From NCBI GenBank assembly GCA_937981955.1, contig CALJNA010000022.1, positions 1,548 through 65,547 on the forward strand: 64,000 nt of DNA, given 5' to 3'. The position numbers and the translations under genes were made by a program. Positions 48,112 to 57,545 of the stretch are shown piece after piece; within the stretch, counting starts at the first letter, position 1; each line of letters opens with the position of its first letter. The DNA comes from an uncultured Granulosicoccaceae bacterium. GTDB lineage: Bacteria > Pseudomonadota > Gammaproteobacteria > Granulosicoccales > Granulosicoccaceae. The notes beneath the pieces are model-generated. The model saw only the letters and a program-made list of their open reading frames with translations, searched no databases and had not been told where the DNA came from.

Positions 48112-50187
48112 TCAATCAATCACAACAGAGAACGCGACTACACCACTTTCTGAAACCGTGGCCTGACCATCACAGGTCCACTGCAAATTGCCCGTAAAGT
48201 ATGTAGTGGACTGATCCAGAGGGTGTACGATGGTGCAGTTCATTCCCGCTGGTACAGTTACCACCTGAACACTGAACGGTTTCAATCGTGTGAAAGCTGG
48301 CACTGTGTCAAACACAGTTACATCATGAACTGTGTTGGCCGTTGGCTCAAATTCCAAACGGTATACCAGTTCATCTTCCGGTTTACCGGAAGTTGTTTCG
48401 GTAAACCCCTCTCCACTGATCACATTGCAGGTTGAGTCTGCAACATTGCATACCGATTTCGATAATACCAATCCAGATTCGTCTACACCGCGTAGTTTGT
48501 CAATATTGGTATTAGTATGCGCTACAGCAATGCCGGTAAACTGCGTGGCGACATCCAGCTGTAGTGAGAGAATTGATGCAGCCGAAACTGATGAGCTGGA
48601 TTCGATCTTGATCAGCATACATACATCAGCGCCATACTCTACGGCGATGGGACTCTGTACAATGAACTCCGTGCTGTCCAGAGCGCCATCACAGTCAGTA
48701 TCGCGATACATTTCATAAGAAAAAGCATTTGCAGGCGTGTGCGCTTGCTGTGATAGCTGAATTGAAATCTCACCACTACTGGATGGGCTGTATCGATGTG
48801 CAAACAGTTTTGTTGCGTTGGCGCTTATTTCAATTTCGTTATCGTGTATCAGTGCCGGTTGGCTAATAAATCCAAGATTGATATCAGAATAATGCGTACC
48901 GGGTTGTACCGGAAATTGAATGGTCGCATTCAATGGCGTATCGGTATTATTAACAGAGCTGCGCTCGGAAACAGCATAGTGGGCGTTGGGAACCGGCGTA
49001 GAAATCACAAGGTCTCCACTGAGTGTTGAATCGTTTGTACACACTTTCCACTCGCCACTGCTATCCGTGCTGGTGGTCAGCAGCTCGTTAGTCGATGTAA
49101 ACTCGGCGGTAACGGTAAGTCCGTCTAACCCTGACTCATCGCCTTCTGCCAATCCATTGTGCGGTATACCGTTGTTACCATTGTCCAGAAAGGTGATCCC
49201 CGAAAGTAACAATGGCAATTGGTTTTCAATGTTTTCATACCATTGGCTGCCGCTGGGACAACCTGCATTTAAAACGTTCAGGTTATCGGTACCAAGCTCT
49301 TGCCAGGTGGTACTCCCTGGTGATAAATATTGCACGGAGATCGTGCCATCGCAGCATCCCTCATAACCAAGTATCTCGAAATGATGGTAGCCCGAATCAA
49401 GATTGAAACTGCCGGTTAAGGTATCCGAATTGTTATAGTTGTAAGCCCACCATAAGTTTTCGTTCCATCTTGATGTCGCTGCCTCGCCATTAACAAAGAA
49501 ATCTCCCCCGCGTCCAAAGTCAATACCTGCGCGAAACTGCCACAGCCCAGGGGTCGTTACTTCAAAGTAGGTTTCTGCGTATAAGCCATAATTGGTTGCT
49601 GCGCCATTAAACGTATTCCAGTTGTTACGTCCAAGCACCTCAGGAACCACTGCACAGCCATAGCGGCCACGATCGCGTGCATTGTCAAAGCCAGTTCTGG
49701 CTTCTGCTTCACTTGATGGATTTAGAGTGGAGTTGCGTGTGTGATAACGCCACCCGGCTTCGGGGTAAGTGTCTGGTGCACTGCTTTGCGAAGGCACAGC
49801 ATTGCCTCCAGAATCGGTCACATTGCCGTAGTATAAGTAGAGGGTTCCTTTTCCGTTAGCCGGCAAAATTCTTTCGAAAAACACATCTATCCTGGCTGAT
49901 CTTGCTAGCACGTTCCATTCTAAGATATGAAAATTCAGTGGCGTGTTATCGTCACTGTCAAGAATGCGAATGTCCTCGCCATTTTGAGTAAAAGCGTAGG
50001 CTGAGTTGAAATCGTTATCATTTAATTTGAGTGTGACGACACGATCAAACACATTGCGATCAGATGTAACTGTTATTTCAGTTCGAAACGGCCAGTCACA
50101 GCTCCACCACGACTGGGCATTGAGAGGGCTGATGAACACAGAACACAACAGCAGCCCTGCAATCTGTACTAAGCGCAAAATTTGCAC
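48112..50187 (-). CDS. Secreted multidomain surface protein (DUF2341-like N-terminus, CCxG/PA14-like domain, Ig-like/DUF11-like C-terminus)
   Basis: Signal peptide; WW..W..R and G.DIR...LYLYYGN; GYEGCCDG; final LSKSV...PEDELVYRL..VFDTVP..T...FSVVID module. Confidence 0.7.
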   Translation of the reverse strand: MQILRLVQIAGLLLCSVFISPLNAQSWWSCDWPFRTEITVTSDRNVFDRVVTLKLNDNDFNSAYAFTQNGEDIRILDSDDNTPLNFHILEWNVLARSARIDVFFERILPANGKGTLYLYYGNVTDSGGNAVPSQSSAPDTYPEAGWRYHTRNSTLNPSSEAEARTGFDNARDRGRYGCAVVPEVLGRNNWNTFNGAATNYGLYAETYFEVTTPGLWQFRAGIDFGRGGDFFVNGEAATSRWNENLWWAYNYNNSDTLTGSFNLDSGYHHFEILGYEGCCDGTISVQYLSPGSTTWQELGTDNLNVLNAGCPSGSQWYENIENQLPLLLSGITFLDNGNNGIPHNGLAEGDESGLDGLTVTAEFTSTNELLTTSTDSSGEWKVCTNDSTLSGDLVISTPVPNAHYAVSERSSVNNTDTPLNATIQFPVQPGTHYSDINLGFISQPALIHDNEIEISANATKLFAHRYSPSSSGEISIQLSQQAHTPANAFSYEMYRDTDCDGALDSTEFIVQSPIAVEYGADVCMLIKIESSSSVSAASILSLQLDVATQFTGIAVAHTNTNIDKLRGVDESGLVLSKSVCNVADSTCNVISGEGFTETTSGKPEDELVYRLEFEPTANTVHDVTVFDTVPAFTRLKPFSVQVVTVPAGMNCTIVHPLDQSTTYFTGNLQWTCDGQATVSESGVVAFSVVID

Positions 50188-50404
50188 AGGAATCCTTTTC
50201 GGATTTCATACATATTTACATTTATCTGTGAGCAAGCCGTTTTCTGAAGAGCGGACAGGTTACAAGCACATCTGCCGGCCAGGTATTAGAGTTCCATCAG
50301 GAATGAAGATAGAAACTTCGATCGAATGGAAAATACTTCTAAGCGCAGCGCATTTGAATAAAACGGTTTGTATGCTTGTTAGTAGGGGGCGACGAGTTAG
50401 TCAG

Positions 50405-50483
50405 CTAACAAACAAAGGGCGCGCAAGGCGCCCTTTAAGGTACTACAGGAGGAGAAAAACCATACTAAACCTTGGATAGACAA
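50405..50483 (-). ncRNA. Candidate small RNA with anti-Shine-Dalgarno loop and intrinsic terminator
   Basis: Minus strand AAGGT...TTTTTCTCCTCCT...ACCTT, immediately followed by AAAGGGCGC-cttgc-GCGCCCTTT-GTTTGTT. Weak TTGGCT-N17-CATCAT promoter upstream. Confidence 0.45.
50407..50436 (-). terminator. Rho-independent terminator
   Basis: Perfect 9-bp stem 50414-50422/50428-50436 with a T-rich tail on the minus strand. Confidence 0.75.
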
Positions 50484-50656
50484 GAAAATGATGCAGCTGT
50501 AATTTGCAACAGCCAATAACTTCAGTTCAGTACGTACGCATCTTAACAAATCACAGGAAATTTGGACTGCACGTGAACCGGTCAATTACAATCGGTAACC
50601 CCACGGAAACACAATCTTGCAATTGGTATAAGAACCTGCCGCATAATGCATGGTGT

Positions 50657-51832
50657 TCAGTTGTTAAAGTGAATTTTTTTGCCGACCGTTAATGAAGGTG
50701 AACCTGTCGGCGCAGCCATTATCCTGTTGCCAATTTTTATTGGCGTTCGAACCCCGGGTACACCATCATTATCAACGAGCAATTCTCGATGAATAAATTG
50801 AGGATCGGTAAACGCTTCTTCAACGGTGTTAATTGGACCGGCCGGTACAACAGATTTTTCCAGCGCAATGAGTAAATCGGATTTGGTCCATGTCAGAGTT
50901 TTCTCATTGATCAAGGCCATCAATGTGTCGCGATGCGCAACGCGATTTGCGTTGTTGTCAAAACGCTTGTCGCTTTTCAATTCTGATAACTCAAGGCAAT
51001 CGCACAAGCGGTGAAATTGGCCATTGTTGCCTGTGGCAATGATGATATGGCCGTCCATGGTTGGTACAGTTTCATAAGGGCAAATGTTCGGATGCATGTT
51101 GCCTAATCGGGAAGGTGATAGTCCAGTGCTGAGATAATTCATCGCCTGGTTCGCTAACACTGCCGTCATGCAGTCAAACAAGGCCATGTCAATGTGCTGT
51201 CCTAGTCCGGTTTGTTCCCGTTGTTTCAATGCAGACTGAATGGCTATGACACTATACAAGCCGGTGAATATGTCGGAAAATGCCACCCCCATTTTTTGTG
51301 GGCCTCCGTCTGCTTCACCGGTTAAATCCATTATTCCGCTCATTCCCTGAATCATGAAATCATAGCCAGCACGGGAAGCGTAGGGGCCTGTTTGACCGAA
51401 ACCGGTTATGGAACAGTAAATCAGTTTTGGATTTATCGCGTGAACACTTTCGAAGTCCAGACCATAAGCAGTCAGCCCGCCGACTTTAAAATTTTCAATA
51501 AACACATCTGCCTTGCACAGCAACTCTTTTACATAGGCAAGTTCTTCTGCGTTTTTTAAATCTGAAACCAGTGTTCGTTTACCCCGATTGCAGGAGTGAA
51601 AGTATGCTGCGGAATTGTCGTCTTCTTTTTCGATATTCGGCGGACCCCATTGTCTCGTGTCATCACCATGGGGACTCTCTATCTTAATGACATCAGCGCC
51701 AAGATCAGCCAATGTTTGTCCGGCCCACGGACCGGCAAGTATGCGAGCCAACTCAATAACTTTCAGCCCGGCCAGTGGCTTCGGCTCAGTGTTATCATCA
51801 GCAGCGGCTGTTTCAGGTTCAGACGAGCTCAT
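50657..51832 (-). CDS. CaiB/BaiF (family III) CoA-transferase
   Basis: LARILAGPWAGQTLADLGADVIKIE, GDDTR.WGPP, NRGKR, ENFK.G, GFGQTGP, GYD, catalytic Asp in SDIFTG. Confidence 0.92.
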   Translation of the reverse strand: MSSSEPETAAADDNTEPKPLAGLKVIELARILAGPWAGQTLADLGADVIKIESPHGDDTRQWGPPNIEKEDDNSAAYFHSCNRGKRTLVSDLKNAEELAYVKELLCKADVFIENFKVGGLTAYGLDFESVHAINPKLIYCSITGFGQTGPYASRAGYDFMIQGMSGIMDLTGEADGGPQKMGVAFSDIFTGLYSVIAIQSALKQREQTGLGQHIDMALFDCMTAVLANQAMNYLSTGLSPSRLGNMHPNICPYETVPTMDGHIIIATGNNGQFHRLCDCLELSELKSDKRFDNNANRVAHRDTLMALINEKTLTWTKSDLLIALEKSVVPAGPINTVEEAFTDPQFIHRELLVDNDGVPGVRTPIKIGNRIMAAPTGSPSLTVGKKIHFNN

Positions 51833-51892
51833 CTGTATCGTCCCTCGTTATTGAGTTGCAACAATAAGTTGTAACGATGAAAGGACCAAAGC

Positions 51893-52597
51893 CTAGGCTT
51901 CAGATAAAGCATGAATATGCCAGGCGAGTGCAGCGTTACTGGATATAACCGGTATGCCTAACTTATCTGAAATAGTATCCAGCAAAGTGACTGACCTGAG
52001 GTTTGTACATGAGGCAAATATAGCGTCGCATGGCCCCTGATTCGCAACATGTTCTATAGCTTCAATAATCGAATCGCTGGATATCTGACAAACATTAAAG
52101 TCATTTTCTTCATAGAACGAAGCAGCGCTGACGATTTGAAAACCGTGTTTTATTAAATGGTCAGACATGGCCTGTGTCACGGAAGGTATATACGGGGTCA
52201 GTAAGCCGATTTTTTCTGCACCAAGATTATTCAGGCGCGCTTTGACTGCTGTGATCGGGTTGGTCACCTTCGCATTTGGAAAAACACGTCGAACACCTGC
52301 TTCTACTACCGACTCACCGATAACTGTGGCTCCAGATGTGCAGCAGTAGGCAACTATCTCGATAGGTGCATGGGTTGGAAACAAGGCACACACTTCTGGA
52401 ATTTGTTCGCCCATTTCCAACAACGTGTCTTTGGTCACCGTATCCTGATTGGGAATACGCGTGTGATAAAGGTTTATTGTTGGTGGCAACCAATGGCGTA
52501 GCTCGGATTCTACAACTTCATCAGTCTGCAAAACGATAAGACCTGCGCAAACACTGCTTGCGTTGTAGTCCTGTCGGGTATAGCTGAGTTTATCCAT
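51893..52597 (-). CDS. Asp/Glu racemase - maleate isomerase family protein
   Basis: GLIVL..D...E.E, YCCTSG, LTPY, SCTNL (two-Cys pattern), PVISSN.A. Confidence 0.85.
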   Translation of the reverse strand: MDKLSYTRQDYNASSVCAGLIVLQTDEVVESELRHWLPPTINLYHTRIPNQDTVTKDTLLEMGEQIPEVCALFPTHAPIEIVAYCCTSGATVIGESVVEAGVRRVFPNAKVTNPITAVKARLNNLGAEKIGLLTPYIPSVTQAMSDHLIKHGFQIVSAASFYEENDFNVCQISSDSIIEAIEHVANQGPCDAIFASCTNLRSVTLLDTISDKLGIPVISSNAALAWHIHALSEA

Positions 52598-52677
52598 CGA
52601 CTTTTTCGTCCAGTGCTTCTTCTAGTACTCTTTCATCCAGCAACTGAGGCTGAGTGATCAGGCCGTATTACAAAACA

Positions 52678-53730
52678 CTATCGCCAGCGATTTTGGATAC
52701 GTTCCAGCGCTTTTGCACCCGGATTCAGTTTCTCGTAGGGCAGAGTCGACATTGCCTGTTTGCTGGTACCAAGCGTGTCGTGCATATCGCTGGTACTTTC
52801 CTCCAGATACAACAAGCCTGTCACTACTTCACCTTTTGCTCGATGCTCTTCAATATAGGTAAGCGCCGCAAGCCTGTCGGTCGGGTCATACTGTTCATCG
52901 ACTCGTTTGAATCCAACCTGACTACCGTCGTGCATGGTAATTTTCTTGTACTCACCCGGAGACACCTGGCTTACTATTTCTTCGTGCTGACTGGTGAAGT
53001 CTGCGTAGACGGTTTCACGCATGTGAGCACGTGTGTGTGCGTAGCTTTTCGTTGAGCCTTCATGATCGTTGAAGGTGACGCATGGCGAAATGATGTCTAG
53101 TAGAGCAAAGCCTGAATGAGTTATCGCGCTTTTTATCAGCGGCACCAGGTGCGCCTTGTCGCCTGAAAACCCTCGACCAACAAAGGTACAACCCAGCGAT
53201 ATAGCAAGCAACACCGGATCGATTGGTGAATAAGGATTCGCTTCACCTTTTTTGGCTGTGCTTCCTTTATCGGCACTGGCAGAGAACTGCCCTTTAGTTA
53301 ATCCGTAAACGCCATTGTTCTCGATAAGATAAATCATATTGATGTTGCGTCTTATGGCATGTGCAAATTGCCCCAGACCGATTGACAGGGAGTCCCCATC
53401 TCCAGATACACCTATGTATTGCAGCTCTCTATTGCCTGCATTGGCGCCAGTGGCTATGGACGGCATTCTGCCGTGAACTGAATTAAACCCATGTGCTCCA
53501 CCAAGAAAATACGTTGGTGTTTTACTTGAACACCCGATGCCTGACACTTTAGCAACACGATGCGGTTCAAGGCTTAGCTCGAAATAAGCCTGCATTATTG
53601 CAGTGGAAATGGAATCGTGACCACAGCCGGCACACAGCGTAGACAGGGCACCCTCATAGTCACGGATACTCAGCCCGATATCATTGCGAGGTAGACCGGG
53701 GTGGGTAATTTTTGGCTTTATAAATGACAT
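52678..53730 (-). CDS. korB: 2-oxoacid:ferredoxin oxidoreductase beta subunit
   Basis: LCAGCGH, SGIGCSSK, HGR, GDGD...ENNGVYGLTKGQ (TPP motif), SPCVTFN. Confidence 0.88.
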   Translation of the reverse strand: MSFIKPKITHPGLPRNDIGLSIRDYEGALSTLCAGCGHDSISTAIMQAYFELSLEPHRVAKVSGIGCSSKTPTYFLGGAHGFNSVHGRMPSIATGANAGNRELQYIGVSGDGDSLSIGLGQFAHAIRRNINMIYLIENNGVYGLTKGQFSASADKGSTAKKGEANPYSPIDPVLLAISLGCTFVGRGFSGDKAHLVPLIKSAITHSGFALLDIISPCVTFNDHEGSTKSYAHTRAHMRETVYADFTSQHEEIVSQVSPGEYKKITMHDGSQVGFKRVDEQYDPTDRLAALTYIEEHRAKGEVVTGLLYLEESTSDMHDTLGTSKQAMSTLPYEKLNPGAKALERIQNRWR

Positions 53731-53740
53731 GGATTTAGTC

Positions 53741-55567
53741 TCAGGCCGCCTGACCTTTTTTGATTTGGGCTGTTACGGCTTCGACGATAAAGTCGCTGCT
53801 GACCGGCATGCCATCGTAAGACAATAGCGGAACCAGTAAGGCCGGATCGATTTCAAGCTCAACGCTTAGTAGCTGTCTTAGCTGCGCGTCGCGGTTTTGT
53901 TCAACGACGAATATCTGCTCGTACTGATCGATAAAGGATTTAACCTGCTCATTGAAAGGAAACGCCTGAAGACGCATATAATCCAGATTAGCCACGCCTT
54001 GCGCATTTAGCCGATCGCGTGCTTCGCGTATAGCGCCGTCACAACTACCGATTGACACAATTGCCCAGTCTTTGTTAGCCGGTGTGTTGCGCTCAGTTTG
54101 TATGATGGGCTGTGGAACCATGTTCGCCGCGGTATCAAATTTTCGTCTTAGCCTGTCCACAACATCTTTATATTCGTCGGATTTCTCGGTATAACCACCG
54201 TATTTGTTATGTCCTGAACCGCGTACGAAATAAGCACCTTTAGCATCGACGCCCGGCAGCGTTCGGTATGGAATTGCATCACCGTCTACATCCAGATACC
54301 GATAGAACGCATCCATCTCTTTCAGGTCGTTGGCGTCATACACTTTGCCGCGGCTGGGAACGTAGCTGTCGTCCCATTTGATCTCTGGAATCATCCAGTC
54401 ATTCATACCGATATCCAGATCGGTAAGTACGATGACGGGTGTTTGCAACTGCTCAGCAAGATCAAATGCCTGTTGCGACATATGAAAACAATCCAGCGGG
54501 TCGGCCGGAAACAGCAATACATGTTTTGTGTCACCATGCGATGCATAGGCAGCCGAGATAATATCGCACTGTTGTGTGCGTGTCGGCATGCCGGTAGATG
54601 GACTGACACGTTGAACATCGTATAGCACCGCTGGTATTTCAGCGTAATAAGCCAGTCCAAGAAACTCACTCATTAAAGAAACACCAGGTCCGCTAGTGGC
54701 GGTAAACGCACGTGCTCCATTCCAGTTGGCACCCAGCACCATACCGATCGCCGCCAGTTCATCCTCTGCCTGAATCACGCAGTAGTTGTTCTCGCCTGTG
54801 TCGGGATCGACTCGTAACTGCTTGCAAAAAATACTGAACGCATCAATCAGTGATGTTGATGGTGTAATCGGGTACCAGCTGGTAACGGTCGCACCAGCGT
54901 AGACCGCACCAAGCCCTGCTGTGGTATTGCCATCGACAAGTACATGTCCTGCGGTCTTGTCCATTGACTCGAGCGTTAATGGCAGCGGGCAGGAGAAATG
55001 TTCTTTTGCGTAGTCATAGCCCATACCAATGGCCTGCATATTGGCATCCATTAAGTGCGGTTTGGTGCCAAAGGTTTCTTCCAGCAGCGTTTTAACCACC
55101 TCCATGTCAATGTTTAGTAAGGCCACCAACGCACCTACATAGGCAACGTTTTTCATTAGTACTTTGGCGCGTGCCGATTCGAAGGCTTCATTACACATGC
55201 TGGACAGAGGGATACCAAGAACGGTGACATCCGTTCGTTGCGATAAGTTTTTTCTCGGCCAGGTTGAGTCGTAGAGTAAATAACCGCCAGGGCTTAGCGA
55301 GGCTAAATCGTCATCGTAGGTTTCAGCGTTCATGGCAATCATTAAGTCGATTCTGCCTGAACGGCATAAATAACCGTCTTTGCTAACGCGTATTTCATAC
55401 CACGTCGGCAATCCTTGAATATTGGATGGAAAGAAATTTTTGCCAGTAACGGGAATGCCCATTCGAAAAATGGACTTCATTAAAAGGCCGTTGGCGCTGG
55501 CCGAACCGGTTCCGTTTACGTTCGCAAGCTTGATAACAAAGTCGTTCGTCTTGTTGGAGGCTGTCAT
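53741..55567 (-). CDS. korA: 2-oxoacid:ferredoxin oxidoreductase alpha (gamma-alpha fusion) subunit
   Basis: NGTGS, YPITPS, QAEDELAA, TATSGPG, QR.SPSTGMPT, VEQN. Confidence 0.88.
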   Translation of the reverse strand: MTASNKTNDFVIKLANVNGTGSASANGLLMKSIFRMGIPVTGKNFFPSNIQGLPTWYEIRVSKDGYLCRSGRIDLMIAMNAETYDDDLASLSPGGYLLYDSTWPRKNLSQRTDVTVLGIPLSSMCNEAFESARAKVLMKNVAYVGALVALLNIDMEVVKTLLEETFGTKPHLMDANMQAIGMGYDYAKEHFSCPLPLTLESMDKTAGHVLVDGNTTAGLGAVYAGATVTSWYPITPSTSLIDAFSIFCKQLRVDPDTGENNYCVIQAEDELAAIGMVLGANWNGARAFTATSGPGVSLMSEFLGLAYYAEIPAVLYDVQRVSPSTGMPTRTQQCDIISAAYASHGDTKHVLLFPADPLDCFHMSQQAFDLAEQLQTPVIVLTDLDIGMNDWMIPEIKWDDSYVPSRGKVYDANDLKEMDAFYRYLDVDGDAIPYRTLPGVDAKGAYFVRGSGHNKYGGYTEKSDEYKDVVDRLRRKFDTAANMVPQPIIQTERNTPANKDWAIVSIGSCDGAIREARDRLNAQGVANLDYMRLQAFPFNEQVKSFIDQYEQIFVVEQNRDAQLRQLLSVELEIDPALLVPLLSYDGMPVSSDFIVEAVTAQIKKGQAA

Positions 55568-57339
55568 CTCTGTTCGCTCGTGGCGTAGGGAATATCGACG
55601 CGGGACTTACGCATATCCCAGGCACCGGTAGGGCATCGTTCTGCGCACAGGCCACAGTGTATGCACAGGTTTTCATCTTTGACCATAACCTTGCCGGTTT
55701 GCGGCAAAGCGTCAGAGACGTAGAGTATTTGATCAGTATTATTTGCCGGCGCGCGCAAGCGTTGACGCAAATCTTCCTCTTCACCGTTTTCGGTGATGGT
55801 CAGGCACAATGTCGGGCAGATATCCATACAGGCATCGCATTCAATGCAGAGCTTTTCTGCAAACACAGTTTGAATATCGCAGTTAAGACATCGTTCAACT
55901 TCTTTTGCCGTTTGTTCTGCATCGAACCCTAGTTCTACTTCAATACGAATGTCTTTGAAACGTTGAGCGATATCGACATGGTTCATTTTCAAACGATCGG
56001 TTTCGTCGAAATCGTTTGAATAACTCCATTCATGTATGCCCATTTTTGTGGACAGCAGGTTCATACCTCGCGGTGGTCGATCGTTGATATCTTCGTTCTG
56101 GCAATATTTATGAATTGAAATGGCCGCACGGTGTCCATGCTCTACGGCCCAGATAATATTTTTCGGTCCAAACGCTGCGTCGCCACCAAAGAACAAACCG
56201 GGAATGGAAGCCTCGTGCGTTTTTTCACTAACCAGCGGTGTTTCCCACTCACTTAAGTCAACACCGCACTCTTTTTCAATCCATGGAAAAGCATTGTCCT
56301 GTCCAATGGCCAGAATGACATCGTCACAGGGGATGATGACTTCTTCAACAACGGTTGGTTTAGAGAGATTGTTATTCTCGTCAATGTCGTAATGTAATTT
56401 ATCGAACTTCATGCCAGTCAGCTTGCCATTTTCAATGACAAAAGCTTTCGGTGCATGATTGATCATGATTTCTACATTTTCTTCTTCTGCATCCTCGAGT
56501 TCCCATTCACTGGCTTTAAACCAGCCGCGTGGTTTGCGCGCCATGACTTTCACGTTCTTGCCGCCAAGTCGTAGGGAGCTTCGACAGCAATCCATGGCTG
56601 TGTTACCAACACCAATTATCAGCACGTTCTCACCGATACTATCGGTGTGTTCAAATGCCACCGACTCGAGCCAGTCGATACCGATATGAATGCGATCGGA
56701 GTCGTGACGGCCAGGCAGTTCGAGATCTTTGCCTCGAGGAGCCCCCGTGCCAACAAATACTGCGTCGTAGTCTTCTTCTAACAAGGCTTGCAAACTGTCG
56801 ATTCTAGTGTTTAATCGCAGATCGACACCACGTTCGACGATCATGGCTATCTCGTCGTCCAGTACGGTTGCTGGCAGTCGAAATGACGGGATGTTTGTGC
56901 GCATGAGTCCGCCCGGTGTGGCGTGTTGTTCAAACATCACGATATCGTAGCCCAGGGGTAGCAGATCGTTGGCGACCGTCAGAGACGCGGTGCCGGCACC
57001 AATGCAGGCTATACGTTTTCCGTTGCTTTTGCCTTTTGGTGGCAGCATGGGGCGTATATCGTCTGAGAGATCAGCTGCAACGCGTTTAAGGCGGCAAATG
57101 GCCACTGGTTCTTCGTCCAGTCGACCGCGACGACAGGCAGGTTCGCACGGCCGATCACACACGCGTCCTAAAATACCTGGAAAAACGTTGCTCTTGCGAT
57201 TCTCCAGATAGGCCCCGGTGTAGTTTCCCTGTGCTATTTGTCTTATATAGTGCGGCACATCCGTATGTGCCGGACAACCCCACTGACAATCGACAACTTG
57301 GTGGAAGTGATCCGGATCACTGGTGCTGGTGGGTTTCAT
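55564..57339 (-). CDS. GltD/SudA-like NAD(P)H:ferredoxin oxidoreductase with C-terminal 2x[4Fe-4S] domain (KorC-like)
   Basis: CQWGCP, GRVCDRPCEPAC, GAGTA, G.GNTAMDC, GGD, CIECDAC..ICP, CIHCGLCAERCP. Overlaps the korA start (ATGA). Confidence 0.88.
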   Translation of the reverse strand: MKPTSTSDPDHFHQVVDCQWGCPAHTDVPHYIRQIAQGNYTGAYLENRKSNVFPGILGRVCDRPCEPACRRGRLDEEPVAICRLKRVAADLSDDIRPMLPPKGKSNGKRIACIGAGTASLTVANDLLPLGYDIVMFEQHATPGGLMRTNIPSFRLPATVLDDEIAMIVERGVDLRLNTRIDSLQALLEEDYDAVFVGTGAPRGKDLELPGRHDSDRIHIGIDWLESVAFEHTDSIGENVLIIGVGNTAMDCCRSSLRLGGKNVKVMARKPRGWFKASEWELEDAEEENVEIMINHAPKAFVIENGKLTGMKFDKLHYDIDENNNLSKPTVVEEVIIPCDDVILAIGQDNAFPWIEKECGVDLSEWETPLVSEKTHEASIPGLFFGGDAAFGPKNIIWAVEHGHRAAISIHKYCQNEDINDRPPRGMNLLSTKMGIHEWSYSNDFDETDRLKMNHVDIAQRFKDIRIEVELGFDAEQTAKEVERCLNCDIQTVFAEKLCIECDACMDICPTLCLTITENGEEEDLRQRLRAPANNTDQILYVSDALPQTGKVMVKDENLCIHCGLCAERCPTGAWDMRKSRVDIPYATSEQR

Positions 57340-57545
57340 AGTGGCTGGTCGCCTGTTGGTTCAGACAAATAAATGTGGCACAAAAGGACTGGGCACAAGT
57401 GGCGTACGTACGGTGAATCTGTGAGGGTGTTCATTGGAAAACCAATTACCTGACAAATATTCTCTGCGATATGATGTTAACTATATGTGTCAATAGTCCA
57501 AATGTAAACCTGCAGGGTTGGCATTCCACCTAATAAGAAGTGGTC

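Noticed and set aside
51893-52597. Maleate isomerase as evidence for the aerobic maleamate route of nicotinate catabolism
   Set aside because: No nicC, nicX, nicD or nicF homologues are visible, and the family includes many other activities.
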